A stretch of DNA of 64,000 nucleotides from an uncultured candidatus Porisulfidus sp. GTDB taxonomy: Bacteria > Pseudomonadota > Gammaproteobacteria > Poriferisulfidales > Poriferisulfidaceae. Made by a program: the position numbers and the translations under genes. Below the pieces are notes generated by a model. That model saw nothing but the letters and a program-made list of their open reading frames with translations. It did no database searches and was not told the origin of the DNA. Below are positions 18,341 to 27,746 of the stretch, piece after piece. The stretch covers positions 1,248,001 through 1,312,000 of the forward strand of contig OZ241993.1 in assembly GCA_965204575.1 (NCBI GenBank), in the 5' to 3' direction. Numbering within the stretch: position 1 is the first letter of the stretch; each line of letters starts with the position of its first letter.

Positions 18341-19915
18341 ATGCCTTTGAACGCTTCCCTTTTTCAGCAACGCCTAGAAGCATGGCGCCGGTCGTCCGAC
18401 CGCCACATTTTCCGCGACATCCGGATCGGGCTCGAACGGGAAGCCCTGCGCGTGGACGCGGAGGCGGGCCTGAGCCACGCATCTCACCCCGCAGCCTTGG
18501 GGTCGCCGCTGACTCACCCGCACATCACCACGGACTACTCGGAGGTGATGATCGAACTGGTCACGCCACCGGACACCCTGGAGGCATCCTATGCGTTCCT
18601 GGAGGATCTGCATCGCTACGTTCACGAACACCTGGGGGAAGAGCGGCTGTGGTGCGGAAGCATGCCCTGCGTCATCGCCGGGGATCCAGACATCCCGCTG
18701 GCGTACTACGGGGAATCCAACCCCGGCCGCATGAAGACCATCTACCGGCGCGGGTTGGGCTATCGGTACACCCGCTCGATGCAGGTGATTTCGGGCGTGC
18801 ACTTCAACTGTTCGATGCCGGCGGAATTCTGGCGTCAGGAACTCGGCGGACAACCCGACCCGGGCGGGATTTCCGAGCGTTACTTCGACGCCTTGCGCAA
18901 CCTGCTGCGGTTCGGCTGGCTCATCGCGTACTTGTTCGGCGCATCGCCCGCGATCTGCCGATCCTTCGTCCTCCAGAAACATGAAAGCCTCGACCTGTTC
19001 ACTCCCGGCACCTACTACGGCCCTGACGCGACTTCACTGCGCCAAGGCAGCATCGGCTACCAGAACAGCCAGGAGGCCAGCACCGGCGTGCATGCCGACT
19101 ACAACAGCCGGGCCGGCTATACCGAATCCCTGCGGGAGGCAACGGCCACGCCGTGTCCCCAGTACCAGGAGATCGGCGTCCGGCGCGATGGGGAGTACCT
19201 GCAGTTGAACGCCAACCAGTTGCAGATCGAAAACGAATACTACAGTCCGGTCCGCCCCAAATGCGTCCCGCAGGGCAATGAAAAACCGAGCCGGGGCCTG
19301 CGGCAGAGGGGCGTGGAATACCTGGAGCTCCGGTCGCTAGACATCGATCCGTTCGAGCCCTGCGGCATCGGGCCGGACGCGATGCGTTTCCTCACCGCCC
19401 TGGTGGTGTATTGTTTGCTGGACGACAGCCCCAAAATGTCCATGTCCGAACAGGCCGACGCCGACTACAACATGCAGCAGGTCGCGCACCTCGGGCGGGA
19501 TCTGGAAGTGACCCTGCGGCGCGGGAAGGCGGTCTCCTTGCGGGACTGGGCGGACGATCTGCTGGCAGACATCCGGCCGGTCTGCGAACTTTTGGACGAA
19601 GCGCACGGACAGACGATATTCCGGCAGGCTTGGGAGGTACAGGAAGCCAAGTTGCGGGACCCGGCACGGACGCCTTCGGGGCGCATGGTGTCGCAAATGG
19701 GCGAATCCGGGGACGCTTACGTGGAATGGGTGCTGAAACGTTCGCAGGAACACCGGGAATTCTTCGGGAACCGGCCGCCCGACCCGGAACTTCGCGCCCG
19801 CTTCGACCGGGTTGCCGAACAGTCCCGGCAGCAGCAGCAGGCCATCGAGGAAGCGGAGCGGGAATTCCCCCTGTCCTTCGAGGATTATCTGGCCGCTTAC
19901 GAGGCCCAGGCGTGA
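18341..19915 (+). CDS. gshA: Glutamate-cysteine ligase
   Basis: GLERE.LR, LTHPHITTDYSE, SMPC, YG.SN.GRMK..YR.GL, MQVISGVHFN, LQIENEYYS..RPK, E.RSLD. Confidence 0.97.
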   Translation: MPLNASLFQQRLEAWRRSSDRHIFRDIRIGLEREALRVDAEAGLSHASHPAALGSPLTHPHITTDYSEVMIELVTPPDTLEASYAFLEDLHRYVHEHLGEERLWCGSMPCVIAGDPDIPLAYYGESNPGRMKTIYRRGLGYRYTRSMQVISGVHFNCSMPAEFWRQELGGQPDPGGISERYFDALRNLLRFGWLIAYLFGASPAICRSFVLQKHESLDLFTPGTYYGPDATSLRQGSIGYQNSQEASTGVHADYNSRAGYTESLREATATPCPQYQEIGVRRDGEYLQLNANQLQIENEYYSPVRPKCVPQGNEKPSRGLRQRGVEYLELRSLDIDPFEPCGIGPDAMRFLTALVVYCLLDDSPKMSMSEQADADYNMQQVAHLGRDLEVTLRRGKAVSLRDWADDLLADIRPVCELLDEAHGQTIFRQAWEVQEAKLRDPARTPSGRMVSQMGESGDAYVEWVLKRSQEHREFFGNRPPDPELRARFDRVAEQSRQQQQAIEEAEREFPLSFEDYLAAYEAQA

Positions 19916-20304
19916 GTTATCGCATCCTGGATCCGCGAAACCTGCAGATCGACCGGGTCGACCAGGATGCGCAGCGGCTGGCACTTCGTTTCCTTGAGGC
20001 GAACATCGAGAAGATCATGGACAACGCCGAGCAACGTACCTTGTGGACGCAAGCGGGGTCTATTGAGATGTGGGATCCGAAGCTTTCGGCCGAGCTCCCG
20101 GCCGCGCCGTTCCAGGTCGTGCATGCGGACTTGGAAGACGGCCTGTATACCCAGCGTGACATGATCCGCATCCCGTCGGATGTGTCGGGAGAGATCATCC
20201 TGTCCCTGTGGCTTGAAGACCGGGACGAGCCGCTGCGCCTGCAAGGCTCGCGGATGTGCCTGTCCCTGGACGGCAACCCCCGCTACGTGCGGCATTTGGA
20301 CTAG
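19912..20304 (+). CDS. Hypothetical protein
   Basis: GTG start overlapping the gshA TGA; 130 aa with host-like codon usage (YRILDPRNLQIDRV...GNPRYVRHLD). Confidence 0.65.
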   Translation: MSYRILDPRNLQIDRVDQDAQRLALRFLEANIEKIMDNAEQRTLWTQAGSIEMWDPKLSAELPAAPFQVVHADLEDGLYTQRDMIRIPSDVSGEIILSLWLEDRDEPLRLQGSRMCLSLDGNPRYVRHLD

Positions 20305-20312
20305 GGGCGGCC

Positions 20313-21140
20313 ATGCAGTTCTTCGGTTGCCTGTTCGCTCTGTTCTGGGGGGCGTCCTGCATGATGATCGGCGGCTGGCTGTTCGGCGGCTGGGGCATCA
20401 TCCTGGGCGCGGCGGTCGCGGTGTTCACGATGGGCCGGACGACATGGGGCACGTTCGGCAGCGCGGGCGAAGGCGGCGTGTGGGACAACGACGACGAACT
20501 GATCCAGAGGCGGCAAGTCTTCTCGCGCATCGTGTTTCTGGTCAGCGGCCACATCGCCCAGGCGGACGGCCGGGTGACAGAACAGGAGATCCGGTGTGCC
20601 GAAGAACTCATCGAGGAGTTCGGCCTGAACCCGGAGCAACGCGGGCATGCCATGCATTACTTCAACCTTGGCACCCGGCCGGGCTTCGACCTGGGCGGCA
20701 GCTTGCAGGAACTGGCAGGAGCCTGCCGGAGCGAGCCCTCGCTGATCGCGACCTTCATCGGGATCCAGGTCGCGATGGCGTGCGCGGATGGGGAACTTTC
20801 TCCATCGGAAGAGCAGATCATCTACACCTGCTGTACGGCGCTGGGATACCCGGAGAGCCGGGTACGGGCAATCATCGACCAGTATCTCGGGCACGCCCGG
20901 CGCGCCGGTTCCGTGCCGGATGCCGCCGTGAACCTGGACTGGGCCTATGACGTGCTGGAGGTCGAGCCGTCCATGCCGATGGAAGAGGTGCAGCGCGCTT
21001 ACGCCCGGAAAATGAAAGACTTCCACCCGGACAAGCTGGCATCCAAGGGGCTGCCGAAGGAATTCATGGAATTCGCCACGGAACGGACCAAGCAGTTCAC
21101 CAAGGCGTACCAGGCGATCAAGAAAGCGAAGGGGAAATGA
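20313..21140 (+). CDS. djlA: DjlA-type co-chaperone (TM + TerB-like + J domain)
   Basis: GHIAQADGRV.EQEI, ADG.LS..E, C-terminal J domain with FHPDK. Confidence 0.85.
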   Translation: MQFFGCLFALFWGASCMMIGGWLFGGWGIILGAAVAVFTMGRTTWGTFGSAGEGGVWDNDDELIQRRQVFSRIVFLVSGHIAQADGRVTEQEIRCAEELIEEFGLNPEQRGHAMHYFNLGTRPGFDLGGSLQELAGACRSEPSLIATFIGIQVAMACADGELSPSEEQIIYTCCTALGYPESRVRAIIDQYLGHARRAGSVPDAAVNLDWAYDVLEVEPSMPMEEVQRAYARKMKDFHPDKLASKGLPKEFMEFATERTKQFTKAYQAIKKAKGK

Positions 21141-21141
21141 C

Positions 21142-22041
21142 ATGAGGCTGGTCACCGTCGAATACGAAGGCCGGACCTGGCTCGGCGTGCAGCAGGAGGA
21201 CCTGGTCTTCCTGCCGGTTCTGCACGATGCCTCGCTGCCGTCGTCCATGTTGGACTTGATCGAGGGCGGAGAGGCGGCACTGCAATCCGTACGCGCGGCA
21301 TTTGAATCCGGGCCGGCCGACGCGTTCGTCCCGGCCGACCAGACCGAACTGCTGGCCCCGATCCCGCGCCCGCGGCAGAACATCATGTGCATGGGCCTGA
21401 ACTACGCGGACCATATCGAGGAGGCGGCCGCCTCGCTCGGTCGCGACCAGAGCCTGCCGAAATACCCGATCGTGTTCACCAAGGCGGTGAACAGCGTCAA
21501 CGCGCCGTTCGGAGAGATTCCCTACGACTCCCAGGTGTCGGACAAGCTGGACTGGGAGGTCGAACTGGGCGTGGTCATCGGCCGCGCCGGCCGCGGCATC
21601 CCGGAAGCGGAAGCCTACGGCCACGTGTTCGGGTACACCGTGATCAACGACGTCTCGGCGCGCGAATTGCAGCGCCGCCACAAGCAGTTCTTCATCGGCA
21701 AGAGCCTCACCGGTTTCTGCCCGATGGGCCCGTGCATCGTGACGGCCGACGAGATCGAGGATCCGCACGATCTGGAATTGTGGTGCCGGGTCAACGGCGT
21801 GGAGAAACAGCACTCCAACACCCGCTACCAGATCTTCAGCGTCGCGCAGCAGATCGCGGCCTTGTCGCGCGGCATGTGGCTGGAGCCGGGAGACATTCTG
21901 GCGACGGGGACGCCGAGCGGCGTCGGCTTCGCGCGCACGCCGCCGGAATACCTGCAGCCGGGCGACGTGGTGGAGTGCGAGGTGGAAGGAATCGGGACGA
22001 TTCGCAACCGAGTGGTTGGGGCGACCACTGAGAAGGCTTAA
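21142..22041 (+). CDS. Fumarylacetoacetate hydrolase family protein
   Basis: GLNYADH..E, P.VFTK, LDWEVELGVVIG, NDVSARE, GKS, TGTPSGVG. Confidence 0.93.
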   Translation: MRLVTVEYEGRTWLGVQQEDLVFLPVLHDASLPSSMLDLIEGGEAALQSVRAAFESGPADAFVPADQTELLAPIPRPRQNIMCMGLNYADHIEEAAASLGRDQSLPKYPIVFTKAVNSVNAPFGEIPYDSQVSDKLDWEVELGVVIGRAGRGIPEAEAYGHVFGYTVINDVSARELQRRHKQFFIGKSLTGFCPMGPCIVTADEIEDPHDLELWCRVNGVEKQHSNTRYQIFSVAQQIAALSRGMWLEPGDILATGTPSGVGFARTPPEYLQPGDVVECEVEGIGTIRNRVVGATTEKA

Positions 22042-22227
22042 TGCCAACGAGTCAAACAGCCCTAAAGTCTTTTCGGCCCTCCTTGCATAAAAAACCATAT
22101 ATTCCTTGTTTTTCATATGTTTATGATGAGGTGTAATAGCGTATTTGTCGAATAAAATGTTCATTTTTCTGTACCGTTGTAGTATAGTTAAAAGACGAAT
22201 TAATCTTGCAAAAAAACGGGCGGAATC

Positions 22228-22701
22228 GTGGAATATTTGCTGGAAAACCCCTTGATGATTCTTGCGGTTTTAGCTGTTGGAACCGTTCTTTATAAGACCA
22301 TAACGTGGATTGCAAACGTTAATTCTGACAGGGAGAAATTCCATGAATTCATGCAAGAAGTTCGTGATGATATTAAGAAAATTTTAGGACGTTTACCTTC
22401 TGCTTCGATCTCCAATGGCAGCCCCATTCAATTGACGGATTTGGGGAAAGAGATATCAACAAAACTTGGGGCTCGCGAATGGGCAGAAAAAGCTGCCGCC
22501 AAACTCAGTGAGCGCGTCAAGAGCAAGCAACCATATGAAGTTCAGGAAATCAGCTTCAACTACGTCAAAGAAGAATTCTCTCCGACCAATGAACTAGAAA
22601 CAAAAATCGGAATGTGTGCCTACGAGAATGGGATTGACAGAGACGGAGTGCTCGATGTTCTGGCGGTCGAATTACGGGACATTTTGTTAGGGAAAACTTG
22701 A
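22228..22701 (+). CDS. AT-rich hypothetical protein with N-terminal membrane anchor
   Basis: 157-aa ORF in a visibly lower-GC patch; one hydrophobic N-terminal segment followed by a coiled-coil-like stretch. Confidence 0.7.
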   Translation: MEYLLENPLMILAVLAVGTVLYKTITWIANVNSDREKFHEFMQEVRDDIKKILGRLPSASISNGSPIQLTDLGKEISTKLGAREWAEKAAAKLSERVKSKQPYEVQEISFNYVKEEFSPTNELETKIGMCAYENGIDRDGVLDVLAVELRDILLGKT

Positions 22702-22815
22702 CAACTTTTAGGCTCCGTCAAGTCACCCGCGTTAGGGGATTGTGCTGGAGGATTAGCACCGAGTTTGCTTTATGTCCACAATGTGAAGTGCCAAAACCCG
22801 TAACAAACTTACAAA

Positions 22816-23562
22816 CTACCAGTAACTTTCGGTCGTAATTTGCCCCGGCGCGCTGCGCCGGTTGCGGGCCATTCCCATTGTCTTCAGCAGGGCCGAGGTG
22901 TCCTGGACCATCTGCGGGTTGCCGCACAGCATGACCTGGGCATGCGCCGGATCGAAATCCATGCCGGCGCGTTCCGCCAGCCGCCCGTCCTCGATGGCGG
23001 CGGGGATGCGCCCGCGCAGGGCGCCGGGGTCGTCTTCCCGACTGACGAACGGCACATAGACAAGCTGTTCCGGGTGCCGGTCCAGGTACTGCCGGATCGT
23101 GTCCCGGTAGGTGAGCTCGCGGGTGTAGCGAACCGCGTGCACCAATGCGACCTTGCGGTGGCGGGCCCAGGGGCCGGGCGTGCCGAGGATGGACAGGTAG
23201 GGGCCCAGGCCGGTCCCGGTGGCCAGCAGCCACAGGTATTCGCTTTCGGGAACCTCGTCCAGCACGAAAAAGCCGACGCCTTGCGAAGCAACCCAGATCC
23301 GGTCGCCGGCCGCCAGGGATTCCAGTCGCGCGGACAGCGGGCCTTCCGGCACGATGATGGAATAGAACTCGAGGTGCTCGGCGTCCGGGGGATTGACGAA
23401 AGAGTAGGGGCGGGCGATCCGCTCCCCGTCGATGTCGAGCGCGAGGCGGCCGAACTGCCCGGCCGTGAACCGGACCTCCGGCGCCTTGATGTGCAAGGAG
23501 TAAAGCTGGTCGGTCCAGTGCTGGTTCTCGACGACCGTGCCTTCGAGCCACTCGGTTGCCAT
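22816..23562 (-). CDS. fpr: Ferredoxin-NADP+ reductase
   Basis: F.AGQF, RPYS, GPLS, ATGTGLGP, MLCGNPQM, C-terminal E.YW. Confidence 0.95.
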   Translation of the reverse strand: MATEWLEGTVVENQHWTDQLYSLHIKAPEVRFTAGQFGRLALDIDGERIARPYSFVNPPDAEHLEFYSIIVPEGPLSARLESLAAGDRIWVASQGVGFFVLDEVPESEYLWLLATGTGLGPYLSILGTPGPWARHRKVALVHAVRYTRELTYRDTIRQYLDRHPEQLVYVPFVSREDDPGALRGRIPAAIEDGRLAERAGMDFDPAHAQVMLCGNPQMVQDTSALLKTMGMARNRRSAPGQITTESYW

Positions 23563-23575
23563 GTCAGCCCCCGGA

Positions 23576-23887
23576 TCAGCGGCAGATCAGCACGCGGTCC
23601 CCGTCCACTCGGACCGGGTAGGTGCGCAAGGGTTCTTCAGCTGGCTCCTCGACGGGTTGCCCGGTGCGGACATTGAAGCGGCTGCCGTGCAGGGTGCACT
23701 TGACCAGTTCCCCGTCCAGGCAGCCGAGCGACAGGGAGGAGTCTTCATGGGTGCAGGTGTCGTCGCAGGCGTACAGGGTCCCGCCGACATTGGCCAGCAG
23801 GATGTCGTGTCGTTCATGCTGGATGCGGAGGGTTTGTCCTGGCGGGATTTCCGATACGGTGGCGACCTGTACGAAGGGGTTTGGCAT
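23576..23887 (-). CDS. Rieske [2Fe-2S] ferredoxin
   Basis: CTHED...CTLHGSRF Rieske motifs; start at MPNPF. Confidence 0.92.
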   Translation of the reverse strand: MPNPFVQVATVSEIPPGQTLRIQHERHDILLANVGGTLYACDDTCTHEDSSLSLGCLDGELVKCTLHGSRFNVRTGQPVEEPAEEPLRTYPVRVDGDRVLICR

Positions 23888-23944
23888 AAAATGCTCGTTT
23901 GACCCCATAATTATAGCCTTTTCGCCGGGGCAGGGCAGCGTGTC

Positions 23945-25471
23945 ATGGACTATCTGGAACGGATTCAATGGGCCCGGGTCTACGATGTCGCGGAGCGCAC
24001 GCCCCTGCAGCGGGCACCGCAGTTGTCGGAACGGCTGGGCTGCGAAGTTTGGCTCAAGCGCGAGGACCAGCAGCGCACGTTTTCGTTCAAGCTGCGCGGC
24101 GCCTACAACAAGATTTCCGGGTTGGACGAACAACAGCGTGCACGCGGCGTGATCGCCGTTTCGGCGGGCAACCATGCCCAGGGTGTGGCGCTGGCGGCCT
24201 CCAAGCTGAACCTGGATGCCGTGATTGTGATGCCGCGGACCACGCCGCCGATCAAAGTCAATGCCGTGCGTGCCCTGGGAGGCAACATCGTACTGGAAGG
24301 GGATGATTACGATGCGGCGAGCCGGTATGCCCTGGACAAGGCAGAAGCCGAACAGCGGATCTTCGTGCATCCATACGACGACCCGGACGTCATCGCGGGG
24401 CAGGGGACTATCGCGGTCGAAATCTGCGAGCAATGCGCGACCCTGCCGGACGCGGTGTTCATCCCGGTCGGCGGCGGTGGATTGCTGGCCGGAATGGGAA
24501 TTTGGCTGCGCCATGCGGCACCGGACACGCGCGTGGTCGGGGTGGAGCCGGAGGACGCGCCGTCCATGGCGCGGGCGCTGGAAGCCGATGAACGCGTGTG
24601 CCTGAAGCAGGTCGGCCTGTTTGCGGACGGTGCGGCCGTGCGCCAGGTCGGCGAGGAGACGTTCCGGCTGGCGCGCGGATGCGTGGACGAGGTGATTCTG
24701 GTGAGCATCGACGAGATCTGCGCGGCAATCAAGGACATCTTCGAAGAAACCCGGGTCCTGGTGGAGCCGGCGGGCGCGCTGGCGGTGGCCGGAATCAAGC
24801 GCTACGTGCAGTCCCGTGCGACCGCGGGCCAGACGCTGGTCGCGATCAACAGCGGCGCCAACATCAACTTTGATCGCCTGCGGCATGTTTCGGAGCGGTC
24901 AGAACTCGGCGAAGGCCACGAGGGCATCTTCGCGGTCACGATTCCGGAGCAGCCCGGCAGTTTCCGCAGGTTCTGCGAGGCTGTGGGCGACCACAGCATC
25001 AGCGAATTCAACTACCGCTATGCGGATTCCCGCGACGCTCAGATTTTCGTCGGGATCAAGTTTCGTGACGCGGGAGCCGAGAAGCCGGACTGGGTGGCGC
25101 ACCTGCAGGAATGCGGCTACAGCGTGCAGGACCTGAGCGACAACGAAACGGCCAAGTTGCACCTGCGCTACTTGGTGGGTGGACACACCAGCAGCGACCA
25201 GCGCGAGATTCTGTACCGGTTCGAGTTCCCGGAACGGCCCGGAGCGCTGTTGGACTTTTTGTCCAGCATGGGGCAAAACTGGAACATCAGCCTGTTCCAC
25301 TACCGGAATCACGGTTCCGCTTACGGCCGGGTGCTGGTGGGCATGCAGGTTCCGGAGGACGAGATGGATGCCTTGCGTTCATTCCTCGAGACACTGGGGT
25401 ACCAGTACTACGAGGAGACGGGAAATGCCGCCTGCCGGACTTTTCTGGGACAGATGGAACACGGCGCCTGA
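23945..25471 (+). CDS. ilvA: Biosynthetic threonine ammonia-lyase
   Basis: KRED...SFKLRGAYN, SAGNHAQGV, two C-terminal ACT-like domains (PEQPG, FPERPGAL, LFHYRNHG). Confidence 0.97.
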   Translation: MDYLERIQWARVYDVAERTPLQRAPQLSERLGCEVWLKREDQQRTFSFKLRGAYNKISGLDEQQRARGVIAVSAGNHAQGVALAASKLNLDAVIVMPRTTPPIKVNAVRALGGNIVLEGDDYDAASRYALDKAEAEQRIFVHPYDDPDVIAGQGTIAVEICEQCATLPDAVFIPVGGGGLLAGMGIWLRHAAPDTRVVGVEPEDAPSMARALEADERVCLKQVGLFADGAAVRQVGEETFRLARGCVDEVILVSIDEICAAIKDIFEETRVLVEPAGALAVAGIKRYVQSRATAGQTLVAINSGANINFDRLRHVSERSELGEGHEGIFAVTIPEQPGSFRRFCEAVGDHSISEFNYRYADSRDAQIFVGIKFRDAGAEKPDWVAHLQECGYSVQDLSDNETAKLHLRYLVGGHTSSDQREILYRFEFPERPGALLDFLSSMGQNWNISLFHYRNHGSAYGRVLVGMQVPEDEMDALRSFLETLGYQYYEETGNAACRTFLGQMEHGA

Positions 25472-25513
25472 GAAGACGCACGACAAGGAGATGGGTGGAC
25501 TAAGCCCGTAGGA

Positions 25514-25547
25514 GTGAGGGCCGAACCACCGAAGCGGTTCGGCTCAC
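25514..25547. terminator. Hairpin between convergent ilvA and the histone-like gene
   Basis: GCCGAACC/GGTTCGGC stem extended by GTGAG/CTCAC. Confidence 0.55.
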
Positions 25548-25552
25548 CCTGC

Positions 25553-26074
25553 TTATCTTTTCCTTCTTGCCGTCTTCCGCTTGGCAACCTTCTTTTTTGC
25601 TGCCTTGCGTTTCACGGCTTTCTTCTTCGCCGTCCTGCGCGGTGCCGCTTTCTTCTTGGCGGCCTTTTTCCTTGCCGTCTTCCGCTTCACGGCCTTTTTC
25701 TTGGCAACTTTTTTCTTTGCCGTCTTACGCTTGGCCACTTTCTTTTTTGCCGCCTTGCGTTTCACGGCTTTCTTCTTTGCCGTCCTGCGCGGTGCCGCCT
25801 TCTTCTTGGCGGCCTTGCGCTTGACGACCTTTTTCTTCGCGGTCTTCCGCTTCACGGCCTTTTTCTTGGCAACTTTTTTCTTCACTGTCTTACGCTTGGC
25901 TATTTTCTTTTTTGCCGCCTTGCGTTTCACGACTTTCTTCTTCGCGGTTTTCTTTTTCGCTGTCTTCGCTGGTGCTTTCTTCTTTGCTACTTTCCGTTTG
26001 GGAGCAGGTTTCGCCGCACGGGCCTTTTTCTTGGCCGTGCTGCGTTTTTTACTCGTTCTTCGTTTGACAGCCAC
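25553..26074 (-). CDS. Lys/Ala-rich histone H1-like nucleoid protein (Hc2/AlgP/BpH1-like)
   Basis: 173 aa built almost entirely from KKKxA/KRKTA/KRKAA pentapeptides; GGAGG RBS before a GTG start. Confidence 0.85.
   Translation of the reverse strand: MAVKRRTSKKRSTAKKKARAAKPAPKRKVAKKKAPAKTAKKKTAKKKVVKRKAAKKKIAKRKTVKKKVAKKKAVKRKTAKKKVVKRKAAKKKAAPRRTAKKKAVKRKAAKKKVAKRKTAKKKVAKKKAVKRKTARKKAAKKKAAPRRTAKKKAVKRKAAKKKVAKRKTARRKR
25569..25814. repeat. Internal near-duplication in the histone-like gene
   Basis: Block 25569-25664 recurs almost identically at 25719-25814 (150-bp offset), on top of 15-bp periodicity. Confidence 0.8.
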
Positions 26075-26256
26075 GTGGTCCTCCAGGTTGTTTTATGACA
26101 GGTACAAAGGAAACGCTGAAGTGCCGGCTGTCACAGAGGACAACATCGGTTTGCCGCTCCAGCGCGTTTCGTGACACAAACCGGCTTTTGGGCTCAATCG
26201 CCGTTTTGCGCAAAACGGTGCTTACGCACCGAGAAGAATGTTCGGAAGGAAAGGCA

Positions 26257-26436
26257 GTGCACTCCGCCTGCCGTGAACCAGGACGTGACCCTGAACCGAA
26301 AGTTCAAGTGGGTCCCTGGGAAATGCCGCAGGCTTCCCGGACGAAAACGCCGGTAGTGCACAAAAGCATTTGCGCGCCGGGTCCCGGTCAGTTGGAATAG
26401 GTTCACGGGTGTGCCTGGTGAAGCAGGCGGAGGCAC
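26257..26436 (-). ncRNA. ssrS: 6S RNA
   Basis: Immediately downstream of zapA; about 180 nt; closing stem GTGCCTCCGCCTGC...GCAGGCGGAGTGCAC; contains CCCACTTGAAC...GGTTCAGGG typical of proteobacterial 6S. Confidence 0.88.
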
Positions 26437-26468
26437 CGACTTCCAAAGATTCGTGAGGGTTGTCGCCG

Positions 26469-26777
26469 TCATGTCAGGTTCGCCTCTTCGACCTGGTCCA
26501 GCGCTGCCTGGACCCGTGCCGACAGCGCATCGATGCGTTCGAGCAGGTGATCCGGCGTTTCCTTTGACAGCCGCAGGTATTCATGGCTCAGGTTCAGCGC
26601 TGTGACGACCGCCACGCGATCTATGCCGGCGGTGGCATCGACGTCGTGGACTTTCCGCACCTGGGCCTTCAGGAACCTGATGGCCTCGTCGAGGGATTTG
26701 CGCTGGTCGGGCGGACAGCCGACTTCGTAGGTCTTCCTGAGAAGACGGAAGCCGACCTGTTCGGATTCTGCGCTCAT
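26469..26777 (-). CDS. zapA: Cell division protein ZapA
   Basis: KTYEVGCPPDQR.SL..A, DRVAVVTALNLSHEYL; zapB-zapA-6S synteny. Confidence 0.88.
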   Translation of the reverse strand: MSAESEQVGFRLLRKTYEVGCPPDQRKSLDEAIRFLKAQVRKVHDVDATAGIDRVAVVTALNLSHEYLRLSKETPDHLLERIDALSARVQAALDQVEEANLT

Positions 26778-27001
26778 TGGAGTCTGCTGTACGGCTTGAG
26801 TTGCGCCAGCACCTGCTCGACGGCGGTATGGGCCTGGCGGTTCTTGCGGCGCCAGTCGCGCTGCTGTTCCTGCATCTGGTCGCAACGTTTGACCAGAACC
26901 TGATTGGCGTTGACCAGACGCTCGCACAGCGTGGTCAATGTGTCGACCTGTTGCTCAAGCGTGGTGAGCGCGGCTTCGACCGAAGGCTTGTTCAAGTCCA
27001 C
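26774..27001 (-). CDS. Short coiled-coil protein (TIGR02449/ZapB-like)
   Basis: LEQQVDTL...CERL...N..L...KN..A...VE..LA.LK; overlaps the zapA start. Confidence 0.75.
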   Translation of the reverse strand: MDLNKPSVEAALTTLEQQVDTLTTLCERLVNANQVLVKRCDQMQEQQRDWRRKNRQAHTAVEQVLAQLKPYSRLQ

Positions 27002-27148
27002 AATTTAAGCGGGTTCTCTTCGACTTTTACGAGTATATCAAAAATCCGGCACGCCTTCCCCGCATGCTTGTGGGGGTCTTGCAACAGGGGGAAAGGCCTT
27101 GCGATGGCCGGTGCGCCCGGCCCGAAGGTCAGGCGTGGGACGGTCGTC

Positions 27149-27655
27149 TTACCCTTGCAATGCAGCCAGCGCTTCCGCGTAATCCGGTTCGTCTCCGATT
27201 TCGGGTACCAGTTCGGTGTACAGGACCTTGTTGTTGCTGTCCAGCACCACGACGGCGCGGGCGGTAATCCCGGCCAGGGGACCGTCGGCAATCAGCACGC
27301 CGTAGTCGCGTGCGAAGTCCCGGTTGCGCATCATCGACAGGGAGATCAGGCGGTCGGCGCCCTGATCGGCGCAGAAGCGGGTCATGGCGAAAGGCAGGTC
27401 GGACGAAACCACCAAGACCACCGACTTGTCGTCGAGTTTCTGGGCCTCTTGGTTGAACTGGACGGAAGACTTTGCACAGACCGGGGTGTCGATACTGGGC
27501 AGGATTGAGATCAGTTTGCGGGCATCGCCGAACGTGCCGAGGGTGGCGACGTTGAGGTCTCGGTCGACCAACTCGAAATCCGGCGCGGTGCTGCCGATCT
27601 CCGGCAGGGTTCCTTCCAGGTTGATTTCGTTGCCGTGCAGGGTGACGGTCACCAT
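27149..27655 (-). CDS. tpx: Thiol peroxidase
   Basis: VTLHGN, PSIDTPVC, S.DLPFA..RFC, ARAVVV, EPDY. Confidence 0.95.
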   Translation of the reverse strand: MVTVTLHGNEINLEGTLPEIGSTAPDFELVDRDLNVATLGTFGDARKLISILPSIDTPVCAKSSVQFNQEAQKLDDKSVVLVVSSDLPFAMTRFCADQGADRLISLSMMRNRDFARDYGVLIADGPLAGITARAVVVLDSNNKVLYTELVPEIGDEPDYAEALAALQG

Positions 27656-27746
27656 GAATTTCTCCTTGGGGGGTTTTGAGCCGCTGATTCTACCCGTTTT
27701 TGGGCTCATTGTAGAATGAGGCGCAAATTCATGCGGGACGAATCGG

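Noticed and set aside
25567-26174. Plus-strand Phe/Leu-rich repetitive ORFs and a possible CRISPR-like repeat
   Set aside because: They are the reverse complement of the Lys-rich histone-like gene. The repeats are in-frame and lack unique spacers.
26171-26472. Short ORFs over the zapA downstream region
   Set aside because: The region is better explained by 6S RNA.
27656-27746. SAM or SAH riboswitch upstream of metK-ahcY
   Set aside because: The intergenic region is only about 90 bp and shows no recognisable riboswitch consensus.
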